In this document: piece by piece, positions 42,473 to 53,055 of the stretch
Layout of the letters: every line of letters begins with the position of its first letter
How positions within the stretch are numbered: the first letter of the stretch is position 1
Assembly (NCBI GenBank): GCA_963804995.1
Contig: CAWDSK010000005.1
Coordinates: 512,001-576,000, forward strand
Direction: 5' to 3'
Length of the DNA: 64,000 nucleotides
DNA from: an uncultured Acidobacteriota bacterium
Lineage (GTDB): Bacteria; Acidobacteriota; Terriglobia; UBA7540
The notes under the pieces: generated by a model
Told to the model about the DNA's origin: nothing
Databases searched by the model: none
The model's input: the letters and a program-made list of their open reading frames with translations, nothing else
Program-made: the position numbers and the translations under genes

Positions 42473-43501
42473 ATGAGCTCAAATCAAATTTATACCGTGG
42501 TCGTGGCAGGCATGGGTAAGCGCGGAACGCACCATGCCAGTGCTTTCGAGAAGAATGGCCGCTTCAAGCTGGTGGGCCTGTGCGATATCGACGCCGGGCG
42601 TCTGGAAACCGCGGCCAAGAAATTCGGCGTCAGCGAAACCAGTGCCGACGCTGCTGCGCTGGTCAAGAAGACTCACCCTGATATTTTCTGTTTCTGTACG
42701 CTGCCCGACCTGCGCCTGCCCCTGATCCGGGCGGGTGTGGAGGCAGGCGTGAAGCTTATTGCCTATGAAAAACCTACGGCGCTATCGACCGACGAGGCGT
42801 TGGAGATGATGCAGCTTACGCGCGCGGCGGGTGTCAAGACCGTGGTCAGCCACCAGCACCGCTACGGCGAGCATTACCAGAAGGTGAAGGAGATTATAGC
42901 GAGCGGCGCCATCGGCCGGGTGCACACCGTTTATGGCACCGCCACCGGCTGGATGATGCACATGATGACGCACCTGATCGACTACACTCGCTGGTTCAAC
43001 GGTTACGCCGAGGCCGAATGGGTGGTCGGGCAGGCGCACGGGAAATCGAAGTTCGCGGACAATCACCCTTCGCCTGACTACATCGGCGGCCTCGTCCAGT
43101 TTGCGAACGGCGTGCGTGGCATCGTGGAGTCAGGCGACGGCGCTCCCGACGTGCCGGAAGTCGAATACTGGTGGCGTAAGTGCCGCATCGGCGCGCAAGG
43201 CAGTGAAGGTTTTGCCGAAACGCTTACGGGCGGCGGCTGGCGCGCCGTCACACGCAATGGTGTGATGTCCGGCCCCGGCAGCATGGACTACGAACACGAC
43301 ATGGGGCCGTACGTTCAGGAAATGGTCGATTGGCTCGACAACGAGCGAAAGGTTCACCCCTGCAACGGCGAAAGCGCTTACAAGGATTTGGAAATCATGA
43401 TGGCCATGTGCCGGTCAGTCGTCCAGCGCGGCAAAGTGAAGTTGCCGCTGGGCCCCGGCGAACCGGAACTCGAAGCGCTGAAGAGGGTTTTGCCTGATTA
43501 G
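42473..43501 (+). CDS. Gfo/Idh/MocA oxidoreductase
   Basis: VVAGMGKRG Rossmann motif, CD, YEKP, HQHRY, GAIG, THLID. Confidence 0.85.
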   Translation: MSSNQIYTVVVAGMGKRGTHHASAFEKNGRFKLVGLCDIDAGRLETAAKKFGVSETSADAAALVKKTHPDIFCFCTLPDLRLPLIRAGVEAGVKLIAYEKPTALSTDEALEMMQLTRAAGVKTVVSHQHRYGEHYQKVKEIIASGAIGRVHTVYGTATGWMMHMMTHLIDYTRWFNGYAEAEWVVGQAHGKSKFADNHPSPDYIGGLVQFANGVRGIVESGDGAPDVPEVEYWWRKCRIGAQGSEGFAETLTGGGWRAVTRNGVMSGPGSMDYEHDMGPYVQEMVDWLDNERKVHPCNGESAYKDLEIMMAMCRSVVQRGKVKLPLGPGEPELEALKRVLPD

Positions 43502-43552
43502 TTTCACTACTGTTTACTTGGCGCCAGTTTTCATATGGACTGGCGCTAGGCG

Positions 43553-43660
43553 CCTTGGACTGCGGTAGCAGCAGCTACCGCCTTGCTTCCCCCTCGCCTC
43601 GCCAATTTGCCGCCCGGACCGAAGGCGGAAGGCGGTAGCTGCTGCTACCGCAGTCCAAGG
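43553..43660. repeat. REP-like inverted doublet
   Basis: CCTTGGACTGCGGTAGCAGCAGCTACCGCCTT and its exact reverse complement at 43629-43660. Confidence 0.8.
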
Positions 43661-43718
43661 TGGGCTTCGCCACCAATCAGATTCCCTAATTCGTGGATTA
43701 TTCCCGCACCCATCGAGT

Positions 43719-44927
43719 CTACCGACTCGGTGGACTTGATTTTTCTATTTTCTCCAGCACCTTGCGGTCATAGGCCATGAGCTTTTCGACCGTCCCAAAC
43801 TGGTACCAGTGCAGGATGCGGTCTAGGCCGAAGAAATCCTTTTGAGCTTCCGCGAGTTGCGTTTTGGCGGCTGGCGAAGTTTCCGCCTCCTTCTGAAGCT
43901 TTTTGATCAGCGCGTCTCCATCACGAAGCAGCGTGTCGAGCTCCTTCATGGTCTGCTGGCGCGGGGCGATATTCTTGGGGGAGCCTATCAGGGCTTCAGA
44001 CAGAACCCTGCCGCTCGCGTTCTTGGGTGGCTTCACGCCCATGAGGGAGCATAGGGTGGGTACAATATCAATCTGCTCTGCGTAATCGAAGCGTTGGCCG
44101 GCGCGGATTCCAGGTCCTACCACCACCAGCGGCATCGCCCAGGCCTCTTCGGCATCGAAGGGATGCCAACCGCCATCGGCCTGTCCGTGATCGGCAGTCA
44201 CAAAAAGCAGGGTCTTGTCTTCGAGGCCTAGTGTCTTCAGTTCATTCAAGAATTGTCCAAGGTACTCATCCGCTTTGAGGGCCGATTTGATATATGGAGA
44301 ACCTTCTGCCCAGATGTTGTGTCGCCACGGAACCGAGGGATTCTTCTCCTCATAACAAACGAATCCATCGTTTCCTGTATCTTGCAAATGAATCTTCATA
44401 AAGGTAGGCTTCGCCTGGCGCAGAAACTCGAGGCACCAGTACATGGTCTGATCATCGTGAATGCGGCTCTCATCCGAGCCGTTCAGAAAGCTGAGGTTGA
44501 ACCCGACATTAATGCGCGTGTAGGCCGTGTCGTTGGCGGCGTGGGCGGTGATGCGAGCCGGGAAGAAGGATTGCTGCACGTACTCCTGGTCGATGCGCAG
44601 CATGGTGGTCCCCGCCAGGATGACGGGATTGGGGATCGACGAGGAGTGATACTTTATCCACTCGCCTTCCTTGGGGTCGGCCGGAAGGATGTTATACGAC
44701 TTCTCGTAGTAAGTCCCTTTGGCGATGAGTGACCGCAGGTTTTTTATATTCAGGCGGTCGACCGCCTTGTAGCTTAACCCATCGATGATAAGAATGATGG
44801 CGTGCTCGGGTTTGGCGCCGCCACTCTGCGGCCGGAGGTTGATGCTGCCGAGTGCGGCAAGGCTTGCGCCGGTCTGGGCACTGGCCGTGAAGAATTCCCG
44901 TCGATTCAGTCCCGACTCTTTAGACAT
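43719..44927 (-). CDS. Tat-exported alkaline phosphatase superfamily protein
   Basis: NRREFF signal; ILIIDG, ADEYLG, VTADHG, PLVVVGPGI, DIVPTL. Confidence 0.75.
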   Translation of the reverse strand: MSKESGLNRREFFTASAQTGASLAALGSINLRPQSGGAKPEHAIILIIDGLSYKAVDRLNIKNLRSLIAKGTYYEKSYNILPADPKEGEWIKYHSSSIPNPVILAGTTMLRIDQEYVQQSFFPARITAHAANDTAYTRINVGFNLSFLNGSDESRIHDDQTMYWCLEFLRQAKPTFMKIHLQDTGNDGFVCYEEKNPSVPWRHNIWAEGSPYIKSALKADEYLGQFLNELKTLGLEDKTLLFVTADHGQADGGWHPFDAEEAWAMPLVVVGPGIRAGQRFDYAEQIDIVPTLCSLMGVKPPKNASGRVLSEALIGSPKNIAPRQQTMKELDTLLRDGDALIKKLQKEAETSPAAKTQLAEAQKDFFGLDRILHWYQFGTVEKLMAYDRKVLEKIEKSSPPSR

Positions 44928-45289
44928 GAGAATGAAACTCCTTTCGCGTTTTGCCGATGATTGTACTCCCTCATCACGACAAAAACGGGAGGAATTGTAA
45001 GGCTCGTTTGGGATGAGCGTTCCACTGAGGTCCAAGAGATACCGGAAGGGGTGCAAGTTTCCATCCCAGCCTGATAAATCTCCATGAGAGGAACATGGTT
45101 CCGGCTCTCGCCGAGTGCTTTTGGGTGCCAAGCTTTCTACCATCAGAAAAGCTCTTGAAGTACCTGGCTAAGCCCATCCGTGCTAGGGGTGCCGAATCCC
45201 TGGCGTTGAACGAAAAACATGCAAGTGGCAGTTCACGCGAGTATTATCGGCTTCGGTGGAGCAATTCTGTTCCAACGAGGAAATAAGCA

Positions 45290-47535
45290 ATGGTTGCAAA
45301 CCGTGAAGGTGGTTATCTGAATGTTATCCTCGTCATCCTAGTGGCGATTATTCCAGCGCCGGTGATAACCCGGGGAGCGTCAAGCCCGGGAGGCCGTCCA
45401 CAGACAGGCCCTGTGACTGCCCGGGCGGCGGATCCAGCCGCGAATGATCTGGCGCTGATCTTGCAGCGTATGAAGGTGGACTTCGCCAATCCCAACGCCA
45501 CCTATCCCCACGACGTACGCGCTTCCAGCAGCCCCAGCACGCAGGACTGGCTTCCCTCCTTGGCGGCGGACGGGCATTGGCCTGATCTCTCATACGAGAA
45601 CGGGAAGCCTCCGGCGGCGGGCGCCTATTCCAATCCTGCCACCCCGAACTTTCACTCGAATGCGCACTTAATCCGGCTGGCCCAGATGACAAGCGCATAC
45701 GCCAATTCTGGCTCCCCGGACTATCACTCGGCGAAAATGCTGGAGGGAATCGAGCACGCGCTCGCGTATTGGTATAAGAACCATACCCTCTCAGATAACT
45801 GGTGGGATAACACCGTCGGTGAGCCGCAATTGCTATCACTCACCCTGGTGCCGCTCGCGGATGTTTTGCCGCCCGACCTTCTCCGCCAGGGCTTGAGCTA
45901 CTACGTCATTCCTCAAGTTAAAGATCCCAGCTATTCCCGCGCTGCTCTCTCGTACCCACAACAGCAACTGATTCGCGGGGTGCTGACGCGCTCTGACGTT
46001 GACGTGGCCGAAGCCAGTGCAGAGATGCAGAGGATCATCCGCATCCGGACCGACGAAGGCATTCAGCGGGATTTCAGTTTCCACCAGCATGGGCCGCAAC
46101 TTTACAACGGTGGATATGGCCTCACTTTGCTGATTGATATGTGTAATTACGCTACGGTCCTGCGAGGTACCCGTTATGCCTTTGCGCATGACAAATTGTC
46201 GTTGCTGGCCGATCACCTATTGGAGGGCGACGGGCACATGATTCGAGGCAAGGCGCTTGATTACAGCGCTTTCGGCCGCACTCTGCTGCGCAGGAACGCC
46301 GGCCAATCCGCCGTGGAATTGGAAGCCGTGTGCGATCAGCTCGCCGCCCTGCTTCCTGAGCGTGCCGGCGAGTTGATTGCGCTGAAGAAGCACATCGAAG
46401 GAACCGGGGCGCCTTTTAGCTACCTGGGCAACCGGTACTTTTGGAACTCCGATTTCATGACCCACCAGCGGGAGGCGTACTACATTTCCGTCAAAATGGT
46501 GTCTTACCGCACCGTGGGCACGGAAACCATCCATGCGGAGAATATGAACGGACGCTGGCTTCCCTTCGGCGCCACCTGGATACTCCGGCGTGGCGATGAA
46601 TACAATAGTATTCTCCCCGTCCTGGATTGGGCACGCTTGCCCGGTGTGACCTCACCGCACGAGATCATGCCGCCCGTCAGAAACGTTAGCCAGCCGGAAG
46701 GCTTTGTCGGAGGGGTCTCCGACGGCACCGATGGCGCCGCCGCCATGGTCTTCACCCAAAGTGAACCCACCCCCTTGGTTTCCGTGTTCGAAATCATGAC
46801 GCAGGGACGCAAAGCGTGGTTCTTTTTCGACCGGGAGATGGTGGCGCTGGGCGCCGGCATTACGTCCGTGCGTGACGAACCCGTGGGGACAACCCTCAAC
46901 CAAACGCGGCTGAACGGGCCGGTGCTGATCGATGGCCATGCGGTCGACCCGGGCGAATCGAAGGTCTCGCAAGGGTCATGGGTGCTGCACGACGAGGTCG
47001 GCTACGCATTTCTGGGGCCAACTGCCGCCAGGGTTAAAGTGGGTCCCCAAACCGCAGTATTCGAAGTCCACCAGGACGTCGGAGGTACCCGATAACTGAA
47101 CCGGTTTTTTCGCTCTGGATTGACCATGGGGTGCGCCCACGCGACGCGCAATATGCTTACGCGGTTCTGCCCGGCATCAACGCGCAACAGGTTGCGGAAT
47201 GGCAGGCGCATCCGCCCGTGCGGGTTATAACCAACACCCCAGCGCAGCAGGCCGTCATCAACGACCAACTCGGCGTGGCGGAAATCGTGTTTTACCGGTC
47301 GGGCAGCGTAGTGCTGATGCCAGGGTTGATGGTAAAAGTCGATCACCCGTGCCTGGCGCTGTTGGTGAAACATGGAAATTCAACACGCATCGCGGTGTCG
47401 AGTCCGGGCGGGGAGTTCTTTACGGTGCATCTGACTCTCACGACCCCCAAAAAAGAGCAGAACGTGACCTTCGAATTGCCGGACGGAGATATGGCGGGAA
47501 AAAGCCAAGTGATGGAAGTTCCCGTCCGCTGGTAA
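45290..47535 (+). CDS. Polysaccharide lyase family 8, paralog 1 (frameshift near 47090)
   Basis: DGHWPDLSY, NWWDNTVGEP, GIQRDFSFHQHGPQLYNGGYG, GR, FWNSDFM, GDEY..I.PV.DW.RLPGVT, FVGGVSDG, KAWFFFD. Confidence 0.88.
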
Positions 47536-47676
47536 AAGGGTGCGCGGCGGTCAGCGACTGATAGGGCGGGTTAAGGGCTTGCCTTACCCGGCCGTTCAGC
47601 GACGCTGAAGCGCGCCGAGCAGCGGGGCGCATGCAGACCGTCCCGGCCACAGCAATTCACCGGGAGGAGACAAGCA

Positions 47677-49944
47677 ATGAGTGTATACCGTGAAAGTTCG
47701 TCATGTGAATGCGTCATCATCTTCATCATATCGGCGTGCATTCTGGCGTCGGTGGGAACCTGGGGAGCTTCACGCCCGGTAGGACGACCACAGGCCAAGC
47801 CTGTGGCTTCCCCCTCGGCGGAGCCCGTCGCGGATGAACTGGCGTTGATCCTGCGGCGCTTGAAGGTGCAAATCGCCACGCCCAACTATCCCAACTACTC
47901 GCACGACGCGCGCGAACCCAACTACCCGCGCGCCAAGGAGTGGCTTGCATCCCAGGCGGCGGACGGGCATTGGCCTGATATCGAGTACGAGGGCGGCCAG
48001 CCTGGCTGGAATAATGCGCACTTGGGCCGGCTGGCCCAGATGGCAAGCGCCTACGCGAGCCCCGCCAGCCCGGACTATCACTCCGCGAAGATGCTGGAGG
48101 GAGTCGAGCACGGGCTCCCGTACTGGTATACGAAAAGGCATCCCGTCTTGAACCATGTGGTGGGAGAACACCATCGGTCAGCCGCTGCTGCTTACGCGCA
48201 CCCTGGTGCCGCTCGAAGATGTTTTGCCGGCCGACTTTCTCCGTCAGGGCTTGACCTACTACACCGTGTCCAACGGAAGTCGATCCCCGCTATGCCACCG
48301 GTGCAAAACCTGGTCTGGTTCGCACAGCAACAACTGATTCGCGGGATACTGGCGCGCTCCTCCGAGGACATTGCCGCAGGCAGTGAAGCGATCCAGAGGG
48401 AAATCCGCATCAACACCGGCGAAGGCATTCAACGGGATTTCAGTTTTCACCAACACGGTCCGCAACTCTACAACGGCGGATATGGCCACGACTTCATGGT
48501 CGATACGTGCAAATATGCCGTGCTCCTTGCAGGAACCCGTTACGCCTTCACGCCTGAAAAGCTTTCCTTGCTCGCTGATCACCTGTTGGAGGGCAGCGGG
48601 CATATGATTCGCGGCAAGTTGCTCGATTACAGCGCCTACGGCCGCACTCTGGTCCGAAGAGATGCCTCAGAAGGGGCCGTGGAATTCGAGGCGGCGTGCG
48701 ATGGACTTGCCGCCTTGCTGCCGGAGCGTGCCGCCGAGTTGGGTGCGCTCAAGGAACACATTCGAGGGTCCGGAGCCCCGGCCAGCTTTGTGGGCAACCG
48801 GTATTTCTGGAACTCCGATTTCATGACGCACCAGCGCGACGCGTATTACATGTCCGTCAAAATGATTTCCAACCGGACCGTGGGTACAGAAACCATCAAC
48901 GGTGAGAACGTGAAAGGGTGCTGGCTCCCCTTCGGCGCCACCTGGATTGTCCGGCGCGGCGATGAATATAAGGATATTTTCCCCGTCCTGGATTGGGGTC
49001 GTTTGCCCGGCGTGACTTCTCCGCACACGACCGATGCGTTCACCAAAGACGTTCGGCAGCCGGAGCCCTTCGTCGGGGGAGTCTCCGATGGCGCCTATGG
49101 CGCCGCCGCCATGGTCTTCGGCGAAAGCGAAACCCAGCCCCTCGTTCCCCTGTTTAAGGCCTTAACGCACGGCCAGAAAGCATGGTTCTTTTTTGACCGC
49201 GAGATTGTGGCGCTGGGGGCCGGTATTACTTCCACGCGCGATGCGCCCATCGGAACGACCTTGAACCAGACGCTGCTGCATGGGCCGGTGCTGATCGATG
49301 GGCACGAGGTTGGGGCGGGTGAATCGAAAGTGCCGCAAACGTCGTGGGTGCTGCATGACGACGTCGGCTATGCATTCCTCGGACCCACAGACGCCAGCGT
49401 CAAAGTCGGACCTCAATCCGGCGATTGGAAGTCGATCAGCACGTCGAATCCGCCGACTCCGGCAACTGAACAAGTGTTTGCACTCTGGATTGACCATGGC
49501 GTGCATCCGCAAGACGCGCAATATGCTTATGCCGTTCTGCCCGGCATTAATGCACAGCAGCTTGCGGCATGGGTGGCGCACCCGCCCGTACGCGTGATCA
49601 CCAACACCACAGCGCAGCAGGCCGTGATCAACGACCAGACCGGTGTCGCGGAGATTGTATTTTACCGGCCCGGCACTGCCGCACTGGGCGCAGGCGTAGC
49701 GGTGAAAGTCGATCACCCCTGCCTGACGTTGTTGGTGAAACATGGAAATTCAACACGCATCGCGGTGTCGAGCCCGGGCGGGGAAGTTTCGCTAGTGCAC
49801 CTGACCCTCTCGACTCAACAAGAAGAGCAGCGCGTGATCTTCGAATTGCCGGGCGGAGATCTGGCGGGAAAAAGCAAGGTGAAGGAGGTTTCCGCTACGC
49901 TCCCGGAAGTTCACCCGCCATCCGCCAAGCCCGGAGGCCGGTAA
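47677..49944 (+). CDS. Polysaccharide lyase family 8, paralog 2 (compensating frameshifts ~48150-48310)
   Basis: Same PL8 motifs; WWENTIGQP lies in an alternative frame (ORF 48155-48337); tandem duplicate of paralog 1. Confidence 0.88.
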   Translation: MSVYRESSSCECVIIFIISACILASVGTWGASRPVGRPQAKPVASPSAEPVADELALILRRLKVQIATPNYPNYSHDAREPNYPRAKEWLASQAADGHWPDIEYEGGQPGWNNAHLGRLAQMASAYASPASPDYHSAKMLEGVEHGLPYWYTKRHPVLNHVVGEHHRSAAAAYAHPGAARRCFAGRLSPSGLDLLHRVQRKSIPAMPPVQNLVWFAQQQLIRGILARSSEDIAAGSEAIQREIRINTGEGIQRDFSFHQHGPQLYNGGYGHDFMVDTCKYAVLLAGTRYAFTPEKLSLLADHLLEGSGHMIRGKLLDYSAYGRTLVRRDASEGAVEFEAACDGLAALLPERAAELGALKEHIRGSGAPASFVGNRYFWNSDFMTHQRDAYYMSVKMISNRTVGTETINGENVKGCWLPFGATWIVRRGDEYKDIFPVLDWGRLPGVTSPHTTDAFTKDVRQPEPFVGGVSDGAYGAAAMVFGESETQPLVPLFKALTHGQKAWFFFDREIVALGAGITSTRDAPIGTTLNQTLLHGPVLIDGHEVGAGESKVPQTSWVLHDDVGYAFLGPTDASVKVGPQSGDWKSISTSNPPTPATEQVFALWIDHGVHPQDAQYAYAVLPGINAQQLAAWVAHPPVRVITNTTAQQAVINDQTGVAEIVFYRPGTAALGAGVAVKVDHPCLTLLVKHGNSTRIAVSSPGGEVSLVHLTLSTQQEEQRVIFELPGGDLAGKSKVKEVSATLPEVHPPSAKPGGR

Positions 49945-50104
49945 GTGGAGATATTGGTGGGACAAAGGCCGCTTAGGGCCGCGTTGAGCTACATGTGGGA
50001 CAGCCGGGGTTTCCAATTCGGTAATCAAGTCCGCATCCTCGCCGCCAGCCATCCAGACATTTAGCCTGGATTTCTCCGCACTCGACCTCAATTCGACGTG
50101 GTAG

Positions 50105-50315
50105 CTAGTGTGGTGTCCCGGTTAATATTTGACAAGGCTGTCCGACCCCCTCACCCCCCAGCCCCTCTCCCCCAAAGGGGCGAGGGGAGAGTTAATTCTC
50201 TTGCCCTCGCCCCTTTGGGGGAGAGGGTGGCTGGCCGAGGCGTTCTCATCAGCCGAGGCCAGACGGGTGAGGGGGTTCTACCCATTGTCAACTCTAGCAC
50301 GGGACACCACACTAG
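50105..50315. mobile_element. MITE copy 2 (uninterrupted)
   Basis: Perfect 16-bp terminal inverted repeats CTAGTGTGGTGTCCCG / CGGGACACCACACTAG. Confidence 0.88.
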
Positions 50316-50441
50316 CCTCGAAGCTTTCCGCTGGCGCTCAGGTGTTTTTCGAGCGGGATGTGTCTCTCATGCCGCCGCGACCGGGTAACCAGCACGTCTT
50401 TGATGTCCTCCCCAAGCGCCCTGTGCTACTTCCCGAAAGTG

Positions 50442-50511
50442 ACCCCTCACCCGTCCCGCGCCGGCTGGTGAAAACGCCGGCCGCGGTCCACCCTCTCCCC
50501 TGCGGAGAGGG
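50442..50511. repeat. REP-like palindromic element related to the MITE core
   Basis: CCCCTCACCCGTCCCG...CCACCCTCTCCCCTGCGGAGAGGG is reverse-complement similar to the MITE 3' half and to 61285-61346. Confidence 0.7.
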
Positions 50512-50609
50512 CTATGATTCTCTTTTGGTTGCGGCTCCGCCGCGCTGTGCTTCTTGAGATTGATGATTGTCGCCTTGCGGCCTTTCACATCAGTGGAGAC
50601 GGATTCTGA

Positions 50610-52427
50610 TTAGCCCTGCTTTTGTTCCAGTTCAGCCCATCGAGCATACAGCTTATCCACTTTCTTCTGGGTCGTTTCCATCTGTGCGCATGTGATCTGA
50701 AGCCGTGAGGCGTCGCTCATGACGGCGGGGTCTTCCAGTGTCGCGCGCAAGGCGTTCAGCTCCAGTTCAGCCTCGGCGATCTTTTCTTCGATGGCGGCAA
50801 ACTCACGCGCCTCAAGGTAGGAGAGCTTCCGTTTTGCCGCGGCGGGCGGGGCGCCGTCCGGAGCGACGGGCGTGTGGGGGGCACTGGCCGCGACGTTGCG
50901 TGCGGCTTTCGCTTGCTGCGCGCGCTGCCAAACTTCCCATTGTGAGTAGTCGCCGAAGCGTTCCGCTCCGCCCAAACCATCCAGGCCCAGCACCACGGTT
51001 GAGACCCGGTCCAACATGAAGCGATCGTGCGTGACCAGCACCAGGGCCCCACGATATTCCAGCAGGCTCTCTTCCAGGATTTCCAGAGTCGGGATATCCA
51101 AATCGTTGGTGGGTTCATCCAGCAACAGGACGTCCGCCGGTTGGAGCATAAGCTGTGCGATTAAGACACGCGCCCGTTCGCCTCCGGAAAGCCTGCCCAC
51201 CGTCTGACTGAGGTTGTCCGGGTCAAAGAGAAACCTTGCCGCCCAGGAGGCGACGTGAATCACCTGCTCCTGATAAACGACCGAATCGCTATCCGGCGCC
51301 AGGGCTCGGCGTAAAGTAAGGTCAGGGTCAAGCTCGCGATTTTGGTCGAAGTAGACTATCCGCAACGCCTCAGCCCGGCGAATCTCGCCGCTGGTAGCTT
51401 GAATGTCGCCGCGCAGCAGACGGAGGAGTGTGGTCTTGCCGCTCCCATTCTGTCCCACCAGCCCCACGCGCATTCCCGCCCTGACGATAAAATTCAGGCC
51501 TTGCAACAGGGTGCGACCAGCGATGGTGTAGGCAACGCCATCGAGCGCGATCAACTGTTTGGTTTGGCGGTCCGTGGCGGAAAAGTCAATCTTGGCGGTA
51601 GCAGTGCGGCGGCGGGCGTTCAGGTCCGCCAACTCGCCGATCAGTTCGTGGGCTTTATCGATGCGCGCCTTGGCCTTGGTCCGACGGGCCCGGGGACCCC
51701 GGCGCAGCCATTCCAGTTCCGTATGCACGCGATTGGTAAGGGCTTCCTGCCGCTTCCCCTGCGCCGTGAGGTACTCTTCTTTCTTCTCAAGAAACCTGCT
51801 GTAGTTCCCATTGACCCGAAACAAGCCATCCACATAGACGCGACTAAGCTCCACCACCTCGCTCGCAATATTCTCAAGAAAGTAACGATCGTGGCTTACC
51901 ACCACGCACGCGAACGCTGCGTTCTGAAGCACGGATTCGAGCCACTGAATCCCCGCAAAGTCCAAATGGTTGGTGGGCTCATCGAGAAGCAGGATGTCTG
52001 CCCGCTCGACCAGTCCCTCGGTGATCATCAGGCGTTTGCGCCAGCCACCTGACAAGGCGGTGGTGGGGGTTTCAAAGTCGATAAAACCGGCGCGGCCAAG
52101 GGCCTCGGCGGTGCGGGACACCCGCTCCGCCTGGGGTGCTGCGGTCCGTTCAAGGGCCTTCTCGACGACCGACCTGACCGTCTCCCCTGGCGCAAATTCG
52201 GCCACCTGTGGGACATAACTGACCCTGCTGCGTTTGCGCGTTGCAACCTCGCCACTATCCGGTTTTACGCGCCCGCAGAGAATCTCCAGCAGAGTCGACT
52301 TGCCTGACCCGTTCGGCCCAATCAGGCCAATCCGGTCGCCCTCCGACACGGTGAAGGAAATGTTCTGGAATAGGGAGGTGATCCCGTATCGCTTCGATAG
52401 TCCCTGGGCATTGATGATGGGGGCCAA
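50610..52427 (-). CDS. ABC-F family ATPase (Uup-like)
   Basis: Two ABC domains (GPNGSGKST/LSGG/LLDEPTNHLD; GQNGSGKTT/LSGGE/LLDEPTNDLD) and C-terminal KLSY...LYARWAEL coiled coil. Confidence 0.92.
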   Translation of the reverse strand: MAPIINAQGLSKRYGITSLFQNISFTVSEGDRIGLIGPNGSGKSTLLEILCGRVKPDSGEVATRKRSRVSYVPQVAEFAPGETVRSVVEKALERTAAPQAERVSRTAEALGRAGFIDFETPTTALSGGWRKRLMITEGLVERADILLLDEPTNHLDFAGIQWLESVLQNAAFACVVVSHDRYFLENIASEVVELSRVYVDGLFRVNGNYSRFLEKKEEYLTAQGKRQEALTNRVHTELEWLRRGPRARRTKAKARIDKAHELIGELADLNARRRTATAKIDFSATDRQTKQLIALDGVAYTIAGRTLLQGLNFIVRAGMRVGLVGQNGSGKTTLLRLLRGDIQATSGEIRRAEALRIVYFDQNRELDPDLTLRRALAPDSDSVVYQEQVIHVASWAARFLFDPDNLSQTVGRLSGGERARVLIAQLMLQPADVLLLDEPTNDLDIPTLEILEESLLEYRGALVLVTHDRFMLDRVSTVVLGLDGLGGAERFGDYSQWEVWQRAQQAKAARNVAASAPHTPVAPDGAPPAAAKRKLSYLEAREFAAIEEKIAEAELELNALRATLEDPAVMSDASRLQITCAQMETTQKKVDKLYARWAELEQKQG

Positions 52428-52513
52428 GTTGATCGAGGTTCCTCCGGATTTAATAGGGAGGACTAGTGTGACAGATATTTGTCGTTTTGCAGTGATCTAA
52501 TTCGATTACAGCT

Positions 52514-52725
52514 CTAGCGTGGTGTCCCGGTTAATATTTGACAAGGCTGTCCCGACCCCCTCACCCCCCAGCCCCTCTCCCCCAAAGGGGCGAGGGGAGA
52601 GTTAATTTTCTTGCCCTCGCCCCTTTGGGGGAGAGGGTGGCTGGCCGAGGCGTTCTCATCAGCCGAGGCCAGACGGGTGAGGGGGTTCTACCCATTGTCA
52701 ACTCTAACACGGGGCACCACACTAG
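52514..52725. mobile_element. MITE copy 3
   Basis: CTAGCGTGGTGTCCCG ... CGGGGCACCACACTAG; internal sequence near-identical to copy 2. Confidence 0.88.
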
Positions 52726-53055
52726 CTGGATTCCTCAGCCCGTGGTTGGAAGCGTGGGGCAAGGGAACAATCATGAAGGCCTTGGGGCGTCAGAGGTAGC
52801 GCAGGGCTCGCTTTCCGGCCCCTTCGTTTACCTCGGGGCAGGCTTTGCCGCCCTTCCAGCGCGATGCGATTGTGGCGGCGCGGGCGCAGCCAAGATGTGT
52901 GGGAGAACGAGTTCCGTTAAACCTCAGGCCAACGGCCGGGAAAACGGCACCAACCATTTCGACCTTTGCGCCCTGGAGGGTCGCCTGACTAGTAATCAAT
53001 TGGCTGTACGCCCCCGACGACCTTTTCAACTTCCTTGTCGGCGAGCTGGTTCTTA

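Noticed and set aside
50129..50557. Recurring ORF family (also 40618-41184 and 52538-53056)
   Set aside because: These are translations of the MITE sequence, not a protein family.
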